DNA from: Thermoplasmatota archaeon
Lineage (GTDB): Archaea > Thermoplasmatota > E2 > JACPAO01 > JAHFTW01
Assembly: GCA_041601615.1 (NCBI GenBank)
Contig: JBFIHX010000002.1
Coordinates: 46,026-110,025, forward strand
Direction: 5' to 3'
DNA length: 64,000 bases
Made by a program: the position numbers and the translations under genes
Shown: positions 10,102 to 18,824 of the stretch, piece after piece
Layout of the letters: each line of letters starts with the position of its first letter
Position numbering within the stretch: position 1 is the stretch's first letter
Notes under the pieces: model-generated
The model's input: the letters and a program-made list of their open reading frames with translations, nothing else
Told to the model about the DNA's origin: nothing
The model's database searches: none

Positions 10102-10149
10102 GCCGCTGGCGAGTCGCGTCGCCTGAAAGGCTTGCTGTCGGTGGCCGGT

Positions 10150-10446
10150 TCAGGCGATGGCCGTGATCATGGGGGGCGGTGTGTAGGTTGGGGCGGGCAC
10201 CATCCAGGGGTCTGGGTCGGCGGGCTTCTTTCCAGCCAAGCCGCCGCAGCACCTGGGCGCGTCGCGGACTGCGAGTTTTCTGCCTGCTTCTCGCTTGGCT
10301 ACGAGCTTGGCTTGTCGGGCGGTGAATGGACCGTACCAGCGCGTGGTTTGGGTGCGGGGTTTTCGGTTCAGAACACTGTGGCAATCGGAGCGGTGGATGG
10401 CGGGTCCTTCGGCGCCAAGCAGATCGACGTAGACGTGGTAGGTCAT
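10150..10446 (-). CDS. Small hypothetical protein with H-x3-C ... CC putative metal ligands
   Basis: MTYHVYVD...IHRSDC...WYGPFT...RCC; 98 aa from ATG 10446. Confidence 0.55.
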   Translation of the reverse strand: MTYHVYVDLLGAEGPAIHRSDCHSVLNRKPRTQTTRWYGPFTARQAKLVAKREAGRKLAVRDAPRCCGGLAGKKPADPDPWMVPAPTYTPPPMITAIA

Positions 10447-10514
10447 GGGTGTACATGCCGCCAGGTGCAGACAGGTTCTTGTGCAAGAGCCAGGGGGGAG
10501 CGAATCCACTGGAT

Positions 10515-11336
10515 TCAGGTCGCCCGCATCCACATAAGAAGCGCCTGGAGAGATTCCTGGAAATCCTCCGGCGCTCCGTGCCAAGGCGCGCCATGCCCGG
10601 GAAAAACGTACTGGACCGGCAGGCCCGCCAAGCGTTCCATGCTGCGCGTCTGTGTGGGCCAGTCAAACCAGCACGCGTTTCGAAATGCCGTGAGGGCCGC
10701 TCCCCGGCCGGCAAGGTGGTCCCCTGTGAACAACGTCGATCCAAATCGGTACACGACGCTGCCTCGGGAATGGCCGGGGACATGCAGCCAGTCCAGTCCC
10801 GCCACGCGCCCGCCCTCGCCGACGAGCAAGTGCTCTGCTTCGATGACTGCGTCGTCCGTGTGTATGCTGCGGGGTGCTCCAAAATGGTCGTGCCATTTCT
10901 GATGGGCCGCCACGTCGTCACGGTGCGTCAAAAGGATGTGTTGCAATCCGCCCAGTGCTTCGATTGCCTGCACGAGCGGGGCGGCAAAACGCGGCACATC
11001 CACCAATACGTTTCCCTCGTCGGTGCGGACCAAGTAGGAAGCGGCTCCGAAACTGTGCCGATCGTGGTAGCCGCAATGCCAGACCTCCGGGGCCACGGGG
11101 CGCGGAAACTCCACGTGAGCCGCTGGCCCGCCGATGCTGCCGGTCGGACAAGCCACCAATGCCGCCGACGCGTCCGGATCACGCGCTGCTGGCTGGGCAA
11201 ACACCGCGCTCTGGCCTCCGGCCTGTCGGAATACGCTCGGCGCCATCCACATGCACGTTCCGCAGTCGATACAGGTGTCGTCTACGAACCATGGGCCCTG
11301 GGTGTTCTCTGTCCGACGACGAGCGGGGTCGGCCAT
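10515..11336 (-). CDS. Ferredoxin (single cluster)-MBL-fold metallo-hydrolase fusion
   Basis: N-terminal CIDCGTC...CPT; THRDD, HVPGHSRGS and FTGDH metallo-beta-lactamase motifs. Confidence 0.9.
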   Translation of the reverse strand: MADPARRRTENTQGPWFVDDTCIDCGTCMWMAPSVFRQAGGQSAVFAQPAARDPDASAALVACPTGSIGGPAAHVEFPRPVAPEVWHCGYHDRHSFGAASYLVRTDEGNVLVDVPRFAAPLVQAIEALGGLQHILLTHRDDVAAHQKWHDHFGAPRSIHTDDAVIEAEHLLVGEGGRVAGLDWLHVPGHSRGSVVYRFGSTLFTGDHLAGRGAALTAFRNACWFDWPTQTRSMERLAGLPVQYVFPGHGAPWHGAPEDFQESLQALLMWMRAT

Positions 11337-11368
11337 GCAAGTGGATGGCGGTGCGGGCGCTTTTTGCT

Positions 11369-11578
11369 ATGGGTGCGGGCTACTTCTTGCCGCTTGCCTT
11401 TCCTGCCTGCTTGGCGTTGTTGACCGCCGTGCTCTTGCTGGCGCCCTTGCCTTGGTGGTGGGCGGAGTGGGCGGGATTCTTCTGGTTGGCTCGGTTGGTT
11501 TCGCTGCTGATTTTGGTCATCATTCCACCTTGGCGCTTGGCGCCGTCCGTCCATCGAATCGGCTTCATGGACGTTTAG
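11369..11578 (+). CDS. Small membrane protein (2 TM)
   Basis: Hydrophobic Trp-rich 69-aa tail of ORF 10874..11578 fills the gap between two minus-strand genes. Start could be 11345. Confidence 0.4.
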   Translation: MGAGYFLPLAFPACLALLTAVLLLAPLPWWWAEWAGFFWLARLVSLLILVIIPPWRLAPSVHRIGFMDV

Positions 11579-11596
11579 GGCATGTTGTAGCGGGCC

Positions 11597-12247
11597 TTAG
11601 GAAAGTGCAGATTCCAAGAACCGATTGTAGTCCAGCACCGGCCGCACCGCCGCCTGGAACGCCTTGAGTAGGTTGCCGGTCACAGCCTCGGCTGCCAACT
11701 CCACGTGCCCGAGGTAGTTTTTGAGCCGCAGCGCCTCCACCAGCGGGTGGTTTTTGCCGTAGCCTCGCGGCGCAGACTTGAGCCGTTCGCCGTCGAGCCG
11801 GACGCCCGAGGAGGCGCGGCTCCAGCCGTCGGGATCGGCGACGATGGCGTCTCGGATGCGGTTCAAGACGGGCGTCGGGGCGGACCAAATGCCGCCGCCA
11901 ATGCCCGCTCCTTCTGGATCAAATCGAATGCCGAGCCCGGGCATGGGGTGGTCGGGGGTTGCGTCGCGGTGTTGAAAATGCACGAGGACGTGGTCGTTGT
12001 ACGGAGTTTTGTCGGCGCTGAATCGAACATCGCGGTGGATTTTGCCGAGGCTTCCTCCGACGTTCTTGGCCACCGCCTTGTAGGGGAGGTTTTCGGCGTC
12101 AAACCAGTCGCCCACGTCGGTGATGAACTGCAGCGCGGGGTCGCGCACGAAGGTTTCGTAGGCTTCCTTGTGCTCTTGAAACCAGGCGCGGTCGTTGTTG
12201 TGCGCGAGGGCCTCCAGAAACCCAAGGGTGTCGTTCGAGAAGTACAC
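11597..12247 (-). CDS. DUF2461 family protein (TIGR02453-like)
   Basis: FLEALAHNNDRAWFQEHKEAYE and IHRDVRFSADKTPY signatures. Confidence 0.9.
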   Translation of the reverse strand: MYFSNDTLGFLEALAHNNDRAWFQEHKEAYETFVRDPALQFITDVGDWFDAENLPYKAVAKNVGGSLGKIHRDVRFSADKTPYNDHVLVHFQHRDATPDHPMPGLGIRFDPEGAGIGGGIWSAPTPVLNRIRDAIVADPDGWSRASSGVRLDGERLKSAPRGYGKNHPLVEALRLKNYLGHVELAAEAVTGNLLKAFQAAVRPVLDYNRFLESALS

Positions 12248-12289
12248 GAGGCGGCAAGGGCCGGGGGGTTTTCAGCGCGACGGGGGGGG

Positions 12290-13645
12290 CTAGAGTGAAG
12301 CTACGGTGCGCCGGTACAGCAGGTCCGCTCGAATGCCGTCGCCGGGTTGCGGGTTTGCATTCGTTCGGTCTTTTTGCAGGATGGCGTGCACGGTGTCGTC
12401 TGGGCCCACTGCGATTTGGAAAAAGTCCCGTGGTGGCGTGGTGCCCTTTCCAGCGGGTGCTTCGAGGAGGGGGACGTGGCGGTAGGTGGGCGCGGGGCTG
12501 TCGGCGTCGAGGCTCAGCAGCAAGTGTGGCGTCCATTCGGTGGTTTCTTTCACTTCTAGGTCTGTGCTGGCGTAGAAGGCGACGGCGTGGACGCCCCCGC
12601 TACCGGCGGCACTGTGCAGAAGCCCGAATCGGCCCGCAAACGGCGTGATGTCTTGCGGTTCGCTCCATGCCCCGTCGTGGGCTGCGTGCGCGACTCGAAT
12701 TTGGCCGGGGGTGGTGCCATGCCAAACGAAATCCTGGACGCCCTCGAAGGTGGCGTCGTCGTCGATCCATGCGGCGTGGCGGGTGCCATCGCGGTCGATG
12801 GCGGCGCCGGGAATGAGCAGGGACGGTCCGTGTTCGTACGCCGCCGTGAAAGGGTTTGTCCAGATGCGGCCTCGGTCCAGGCTTTCGTGGACGCGCAGGT
12901 TGGGGCCGTCGATGCAGACCACGATTAGGTCCATGTCGTTGCTGGGGTCGGCGGCGGGGACACACCAGTCGTCGAAGGCGCGGCCGAGGCTCCAGGTGAG
13001 ACCGCCGTCTTCGCTGCGGTGCAGCCACTTGGAGCCGGGCTCGGAGTCGCCGGTCATGATGCTTTCGGGTGCGGGAAGAGCGGCGCCGTTGTTTCCGAGT
13101 AGGTAGACGATGCCGTCGCCTTGGGCGGTCAGCCAGGGTCGGTCGTCCAAGGGGCTTGCGGTGCCTTGGATGGGTCGGCTAAAGTCCCAGGCGGGGCCGG
13201 TGGGGGATTGACTCCAGCGGCTGATGGTGTTGTCGGCAAGGTAGGTGTCGACGAAATAGAGGCGGCCGGCGGCGTCGACGGTGATGTCGCCTTCGAGCCC
13301 GAGCATCCATTGGTGTGCTTGGGCGGGACTCGGCAGGTCGTTCCAGGTGGTGCCGTTGTCGCGGCTGTACCAGAGCCATGAGGCGAGTCGGGCCGAACTG
13401 GTTGCTAGTTCTCCGGGGCGGCGGGAGGTGGCGGCGGTGACGTAGATGGTGCCGTCGGGCCCTACTTCGATGCTGGGCTCGAAGCCACCGTGGGTGTCGG
13501 CGGTAAGAAGGACGGGCGCGGAGAGCAGGACGGGAGCCCAGTCTGTTGGGTCCAAACTTTCCAAGCCCGTGGGATTGCCGGGGGCTGGATTGAGACAGCC
13601 AGCACTCAGGGCCAACAGGATGGGAAGCAGCGCAATGGCACGCAC
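12290..13645 (-). CDS. Secreted lipoprotein with BNR/Asp-box repeats (sialidase-like beta-propeller)
   Basis: LSAGC lipobox; Asp-boxes SRDNGTTW, SEDGGLTW, SLDRGRIW; EPSIEV and DRPW motifs. Confidence 0.85.
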   Translation of the reverse strand: MRAIALLPILLALSAGCLNPAPGNPTGLESLDPTDWAPVLLSAPVLLTADTHGGFEPSIEVGPDGTIYVTAATSRRPGELATSSARLASWLWYSRDNGTTWNDLPSPAQAHQWMLGLEGDITVDAAGRLYFVDTYLADNTISRWSQSPTGPAWDFSRPIQGTASPLDDRPWLTAQGDGIVYLLGNNGAALPAPESIMTGDSEPGSKWLHRSEDGGLTWSLGRAFDDWCVPAADPSNDMDLIVVCIDGPNLRVHESLDRGRIWTNPFTAAYEHGPSLLIPGAAIDRDGTRHAAWIDDDATFEGVQDFVWHGTTPGQIRVAHAAHDGAWSEPQDITPFAGRFGLLHSAAGSGGVHAVAFYASTDLEVKETTEWTPHLLLSLDADSPAPTYRHVPLLEAPAGKGTTPPRDFFQIAVGPDDTVHAILQKDRTNANPQPGDGIRADLLYRRTVASL

Positions 13646-13767
13646 GAACGGCCAGAACGCGTCGGACGCTTGGGGTTCCTGACCGTGTCGCTACCCGAGA
13701 AGGGCGGGATGATGAAGGGCAGGGAAAAGGAAGGGAAAGGGACGTTGCGGGGCCAGCGGCGAACTAC

Positions 13768-14055
13768 CTAGACCGCTTTCATCGGGGCAACTGTGGAGAC
13801 GCTGATCAGGGGTTTGCCTTCCACGCCGGCTTCCTGCTGCGCCTTGCGAAGTTCGTCGCTGTGGATGAATCGGTCTGCTTCCTGCTGGGAAGGGAAGTCC
13901 ATGACGATGCAGAGGCGGTTGTCGTCGTCGGGGGAGCAGTAGATCCGTTCGTTGCTTGCGTGGAAGGAGGCGCGCATGGTGCGGTTGCGCTCGAAGGTGG
14001 ATTTCCAGTCTGAGTACTTGCGCACGCGAAGTTCGGCGGTGACGATGGTGGTCAT
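13768..14055 (-). CDS. Small dimeric alpha+beta barrel ('cyclase'/ABM-like) protein
   Basis: From ATG 14055: MTTIVTAELRVRKYSDWKSTFE...ELRKAQQEAGVEGKP; homologous to 7353..7637. Confidence 0.75.
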   Translation of the reverse strand: MTTIVTAELRVRKYSDWKSTFERNRTMRASFHASNERIYCSPDDDNRLCIVMDFPSQQEADRFIHSDELRKAQQEAGVEGKPLISVSTVAPMKAV

Positions 14056-14316
14056 GGGATGTTCCTGCGCCGGGTGGGCGCTGAAGCAGGCCACGGGAGG
14101 ACGGGCAGAGTGATTTTGCTCAGATGCGGCGGTTCCAGCCGCGTGGTTCGCCGAACTCGTCAAGCCATCCTCGGGCATTGGCTGGTCTCGGTTCAAGTTG
14201 CGATGGACTATGCGCGCAAGCCCGCTGGCGCCGCCTTGCCCGCGAATGCTTGCTCCTGTGTCGGCGTTTGTGACGATGGCCATGGCCGCCTCATGGGAGT
14301 CGAGCAAGCCAAGGAC

Positions 14317-14448
14317 TCAGCCCAGGTCTCCGGCGCGCACCAGTGGGTCGGGAAGTGTCACGCGGCAGGCCTTCGCTCCCCAGATCAGCAGGACGACGAG
14401 TGCGGCGACGGAGCCGGCGGCGACGAGAACCAGGAATTCTACTGTCAT
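14317..14448 (-). CDS. Putative 43-aa single-TM protein
   Basis: MTVEFLVLVAAGSVAALVVLLIWGAK...; divergent from the HxlR regulator in otherwise empty space. Confidence 0.35.
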   Translation of the reverse strand: MTVEFLVLVAAGSVAALVVLLIWGAKACRVTLPDPLVRAGDLG

Positions 14449-14492
14449 TGTGAAAGTACATATCGAATGCGCACCATAAGTGATCCCGGAAT

Positions 14493-15008
14493 ATGGACAC
14501 AGCCACTGTCGCGACACACAGCGCCACACATGCGCTGCCCGCCCCCGCCGCCCCCGCCGCCACTTCGGCACCGGCCAGCACCGATTGCCCCCTCATGGAC
14601 GACGCCTGCATGGCCGAATTTCAAGAGTCGCGTCAGGTCGCCGCATCGCTATCCCTGCGCATGCGAACGTTCCTGCATGGCCGCAGCCAGGACGAACAAG
14701 CGGCCTGGATTCGCACCAGCATGAGTGTCAGCAGGGAACTGTTTCAGCCCTGGAGCATGGAATTGCTGTACCTCACGGGCGTGCTTGGCAAGGCTCGATT
14801 TTCGGAACTCGAACGCTTGCTCGGCATCAGCAGTCGAACGCTCAGCAACAAACTCAAGGGACTCACCCAGGCTGGGTTCCTCGATCGCCACGTCCTGGAT
14901 GAAACCCCCGTGCGCATCGAGTACGCTCTCAGCAAGCACGGTCGCGCCACGGCTGCATTGGCAGCACCGCTGTTTGCGCACCTGAATTTGCACGCAACAA
15001 GCCAGTAG
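14493..15008 (+). CDS. HxlR-family winged helix-turn-helix regulator
   Basis: PWSMELL...RFSELERLLGISSRTLSNKLKGL...PVRIEYALS..G. Confidence 0.9.
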   Translation: MDTATVATHSATHALPAPAAPAATSAPASTDCPLMDDACMAEFQESRQVAASLSLRMRTFLHGRSQDEQAAWIRTSMSVSRELFQPWSMELLYLTGVLGKARFSELERLLGISSRTLSNKLKGLTQAGFLDRHVLDETPVRIEYALSKHGRATAALAAPLFAHLNLHATSQ

Positions 15009-15040
15009 CAAATCCCTACCAATTCAGTAGGAAATTGCTA
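15006..15040. terminator. AT-rich imperfect inverted repeat between convergent genes
   Basis: TAGCAAATCCCTAC-CAATTCA-GTAGGAAATTGCTA: 12 of 14 arm positions pair, 7-nt loop, between the HxlR and GST stops. No U-tract. Confidence 0.45.
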
Positions 15041-15053
15041 TCAAGGCTTGCAA

Positions 15054-15740
15054 TTACGCGGAAGCAGGAGCCGCAGCTACGAGCGCGCCGCCCAGATTCT
15101 TGACGTAGGCCCGGTTCAGATCATGGAACTCAGGCACAACGCTTTGCTGCACTTCCGGCAGAGCAAGGAGCCGGTTTGCGTAGGTATTCAGCTTGGGAAG
15201 GCGGGTCGCGTCGAGCATTGTGACGCCGAACTCCTCCATGGCTTGCAAGCGCATGAAGAGCGGAGCGACTGCCGTATCGATGAGGTTCAATTCCGAGCCA
15301 TTCCAAAACGGACCGTCGCGGTTGGCCCACTGCGCCTCCATCTTGTCCAGCTTGCCCGCCAACGCCTCGCGGTGCTGCTCTAGGTCCTTCGGGTTGGCAG
15401 CGTGGCTCATCATGTAGACGTCCACGAAGCAGGCGCTGGCAAACTCGATCCATGCGCGATTCAGGGCCTTCGTGATAGGGTCCTTCGGCATCATGTCGCC
15501 GCCCGTCACTTCGTCCACGAACTCATTGATGACCGCCGACTCGAACAGCACTTCCTCTCGGTCGCCGTCGCGCACTTGCAGCACCGGCACCTTGCCAAAC
15601 GGCGAGATTTCCGTGAACCACTGGGGCGGGTCAGCCAAATCGATGTACTTGATCGAAAAATCACGGCCCTTGTGCTTGAGCGTAATCACGCTGCGCTGCA
15701 CGTACGGGCAGAGCTTGAACGAAACCAGTTCGAGTTCCAT
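15054..15740 (-). CDS. Glutathione S-transferase family protein
   Basis: SFKLCPYVQR, SPFGKVPVL, LFESAVINEFVDE and DTAVAP N-cap motifs. Confidence 0.95.
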   Translation of the reverse strand: MELELVSFKLCPYVQRSVITLKHKGRDFSIKYIDLADPPQWFTEISPFGKVPVLQVRDGDREEVLFESAVINEFVDEVTGGDMMPKDPITKALNRAWIEFASACFVDVYMMSHAANPKDLEQHREALAGKLDKMEAQWANRDGPFWNGSELNLIDTAVAPLFMRLQAMEEFGVTMLDATRLPKLNTYANRLLALPEVQQSVVPEFHDLNRAYVKNLGGALVAAAPASA

Positions 15741-15869
15741 GGTCCCCCTGTCAGTACCCCACTGGTTTGAACGCTCGGGTTGTGGCCGGCGCTTCTTTCC
15801 GCATCCCCCGGACATTCAAGCAATCCACCAACAAGCGTTTCAAAGGCACCCCGGCCTGTTGTCGCTGTT

Positions 15870-17321
15870 ATGGTCGAGGGCGGACCGTCGAGAACCGGCG
15901 GGGGAGGATGGATTGCCACCCGCCCCCCGCTCGACGGACCGAGTCGTTTGCGCATCCTCGTGGGCACCATTGCCATCCTTGTCGCAGTGGTTTCCAGCCT
16001 GGCGCTTCTGAACCTCCTCGTGGTCGAACCCGTCGTCGGCGACGGCGCCGGCAACACGGGAGGACAACCCGGCGGCACCATCGACGATCCGGGCACCACG
16101 GGACAGCCCAACGAAGGCGGTGATTCAGGAGAAGGGGACGGGGGCCAACCCGGTAGCAAGGCAAATCCCTGCACCACGGCAAAATCGTGGGTCGGTGGCT
16201 CCGCCGTTACCTTCACCGTCCTTTCCCTGGCGCTCTGGGTGCTCTCCGTCTGGTGGCGCCAGAGCCGCCAAACCCGCGTCATGAACGGCTGGGCCATCAC
16301 AGCGCTCGTCTTCACGCTCGTGGCCGCAACGCTGCTGTTTTCCTGGTGGCTCGTGGTCAAAATCTGCAACCTTGACATCTTCGACCTCAAGGCCTGCCGC
16401 GAAATCGCCCGCAGCCTCCTAGGCGCCTTCTTGGGCTTTGGCATCCCCGGCCTCGGACTCATTGGCTTCGCCATCGCCAAGAAACGACAAGGCGGCCGCT
16501 TCATGGGCATCTGGTCCGGCGCCGGTTTCGTCTTCCTGTACCTAGCGATTCTCTCCATGGTTGGCTGGCTGGTCGCGGACGACTTTTGCGACCGGCGCTT
16601 CGAGCCACCGGACCCCGACGACATCCCCAATCCTGACGACCCCGGCGGCGACGATCCCGGCGGCGATTCCGGCAACGGCGGCGAAGGCGGCAACACCGGC
16701 GAACCTGGCGGAAGCAATCCCGGGGGCAACAACGGCGGCGGCAACAACCCCACGGGCGGCGGCGGAGGCAGCCGAGGCGGAGGAGGGGGCGGAGGCGGAC
16801 TTCCCACACTCACAGCCCCGCAAATCAGCCCTGTGATGCTGCTCGTTCTGCTCGGCATGGCCGCCGTGCTCGTCATCATCGTACTCGCGGTGCGCACGCG
16901 TCACAACCCCGCCATGAATCTCGGTGGCGGACACGAGGAAATTGCCATCGAAGACCGAGGAACCCTCCTAGCGCTCCTCAAGCGCACCGACCTCCAATCC
17001 GACGACCAAGTGGTCGCATCCTACCGCAGCTACCTCGGCTGGGCCACCGTGCGCGGTGTCGGAAAATACCCGCACGAGACGCCACGCGAACACGGCCAAC
17101 GAGTCACTTACGAACTCGATTTGCCTTGGCAGCAAACCGAGCCCCTGCTCGAAGCCTACACCCACGTCCGCCTTGGACACGAAGAATTGGACGAACAACT
17201 GCGCCAAGCCGCCGTGGCCTTTGCCGAGGGTATTCGCGACGGCGCCATTCGCCCCGGCCGCCCCTTTGCAGTTCCCGCCGACGCCAAAGCCAAAAAGAGC
17301 CCCGCGAAGGAGGAATCTTAG
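15870..17321 (+). CDS. Polytopic membrane protein with Gly/Pro-rich linkers and C-terminal DUF4129-like domain
   Basis: Multiple TMs; Gly-rich spacer; C-terminal VVASY...HETPREH...YTHVRLG resembles DUF4129. First gene of the MoxR cluster. Confidence 0.75.
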   Translation: MVEGGPSRTGGGGWIATRPPLDGPSRLRILVGTIAILVAVVSSLALLNLLVVEPVVGDGAGNTGGQPGGTIDDPGTTGQPNEGGDSGEGDGGQPGSKANPCTTAKSWVGGSAVTFTVLSLALWVLSVWWRQSRQTRVMNGWAITALVFTLVAATLLFSWWLVVKICNLDIFDLKACREIARSLLGAFLGFGIPGLGLIGFAIAKKRQGGRFMGIWSGAGFVFLYLAILSMVGWLVADDFCDRRFEPPDPDDIPNPDDPGGDDPGGDSGNGGEGGNTGEPGGSNPGGNNGGGNNPTGGGGGSRGGGGGGGGLPTLTAPQISPVMLLVLLGMAAVLVIIVLAVRTRHNPAMNLGGGHEEIAIEDRGTLLALLKRTDLQSDDQVVASYRSYLGWATVRGVGKYPHETPREHGQRVTYELDLPWQQTEPLLEAYTHVRLGHEELDEQLRQAAVAFAEGIRDGAIRPGRPFAVPADAKAKKSPAKEES

Positions 17322-17830
17322 TGGGCTGGGTCGCGGCATTGCTGTTTCTGGGCGCCACCGTCGTGCTCATTTCCATCGTCTGGAAAAAAGTCGCCGTGGA
17401 CGAAGTGGGCGAAGTGCGCTACAAGCCCATCCAGACCGGAGTCCAAGGCAAAGTCGCCTACTGGCTCGCCGAAAACGCCCCCCTGCGTGCGCCTCGGCCG
17501 CCCACCAAGAAAAAACGCAAGGGAAAACCCGACCCCGAATCTCCCGCCGGCCGTGCTCTGGCTGCGATGATCCGCCAAGAAATGGTCGAACAACAACTGG
17601 CCGCCGAAGCCGCCCACGAACACCTACTCGAGCGCGCCCCCGGCCCCGTCGCCCGCGCCTTCTTGGACGGCCGCATGCGACGCGCCACCGTCCTCTATGC
17701 TCTTACCCGATACACAGGCCCCGGCTGGCTCTTTTGGCCATGGCTTGGTCTTATCGCGTCCGTGCGCTACGGCCGCAGGCGCCTCTACCTTGATACCGTC
17801 ACGCACGCCGTGCGGGAGATGCGAACATGA
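17321..17830 (+). CDS. Single-TM protein of the MoxR cluster
   Basis: GTG start overlaps the upstream TAG; N-terminal TM; stop overlaps the MoxR start (ATGA). Confidence 0.7.
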   Translation: MGWVAALLFLGATVVLISIVWKKVAVDEVGEVRYKPIQTGVQGKVAYWLAENAPLRAPRPPTKKKRKGKPDPESPAGRALAAMIRQEMVEQQLAAEAAHEHLLERAPGPVARAFLDGRMRRATVLYALTRYTGPGWLFWPWLGLIASVRYGRRRLYLDTVTHAVREMRT

Positions 17831-18804
17831 GTGTAACCACCGCCCAACGAAAGAACGCAGGCCTTGTCGCCCAGAACATCATCGAGGAGACCAGCAAGGT
17901 CATCGTCGGAAAGGAACGCAGCATCCGCCACGCCGTCTACGGCATGCTCGCCAACGGCCACTGCCTCTTCGAAGACGTACCCGGCCTTGCCAAAACCATG
18001 CTTGTCAAGACCCTCGCCCGCGTCACGGGCCTCGACTTCCATCGCATCCAATTCACGCCCGACTTGTTGCCCGCCGACATCAGCGGCTCGTACATCTACA
18101 ACATGAAGCAGCAGACCTTCGAATTGCGCAAAGGCCCGGTGTTTAGCCAAATCGTCCTCGCCGACGAACTGAACCGCGCCCCGCCCAAAACCCAGAGCGC
18201 CCTTCTAGAAGCAATGCAGGAAAAGCAAGTCACCCTCGAAGGCACCACGCACCAACTACCCAAACCGTTCTTCGTGTACGCCACCCAGAACCCCATCGAG
18301 TCCGAAGGCGTCTACGCCCTGCCCGAGGCGGAACTGGATCGGTTCCTGCTTCGCATCAGCATGGGCTACCCGAACGAAGACGAAGAAATCGAAGTCTTGG
18401 AACGCATCGAGTCGTGGGACGGCGCCGATCCCAAAGTCAAACCCGTCACCACGCCCGCCAAACTCGTCGAAGTCCAAAAGGCGACCCGCAGCGTGTTCAT
18501 CCACCCCGACTTGAAGCGCTACATCGTCCAACTCGTGCACGCCACCCGCCGTGACGACCGCGTCCAAGTCGGCAGCAGCCCACGCGGCAGCATCGCACTC
18601 ATGGCGCTTGCCAAAGCCGCCGCCATCAGCGACGGACGCGCCTTTGCCACCGACGACGACGTCAAAGAAATCGCCGTGCCCGCCCTCGCCCACCGCATCG
18701 TTTTGCGCCCCGAAGCGGCCGCCCGTGGAGCTACCGCCGAAGAAGTCATCGCCACGGCACTCGCCACCGTCCCGACCCCGCACATCCCGCAGGTCGTGGA
18801 GTAG
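17827..18804 (+). CDS. moxR: MoxR-family AAA+ ATPase
   Basis: EDVPGLAKT Walker A variant, RIQFTPDLLPADI, LADELNRAPPKTQSALLEAMQE, ATQNPIE, LPEAELDRF. Confidence 0.97.
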   Translation: MSVTTAQRKNAGLVAQNIIEETSKVIVGKERSIRHAVYGMLANGHCLFEDVPGLAKTMLVKTLARVTGLDFHRIQFTPDLLPADISGSYIYNMKQQTFELRKGPVFSQIVLADELNRAPPKTQSALLEAMQEKQVTLEGTTHQLPKPFFVYATQNPIESEGVYALPEAELDRFLLRISMGYPNEDEEIEVLERIESWDGADPKVKPVTTPAKLVEVQKATRSVFIHPDLKRYIVQLVHATRRDDRVQVGSSPRGSIALMALAKAAAISDGRAFATDDDVKEIAVPALAHRIVLRPEAAARGATAEEVIATALATVPTPHIPQVVE

Positions 18805-18824
18805 GCAGGAGTCCCGGAGCATCC

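Noticed and set aside
8710-10902. 730-aa plus-strand ORF
   Set aside because: Antisense to the MFS transporter, with no recognisable domain.
16609-16800. GGC-rich repetitive DNA as a tandem repeat or array
   Set aside because: It encodes the Gly/Pro/Asn linker of the DUF4129-like protein; no fixed repeat unit or spacers.
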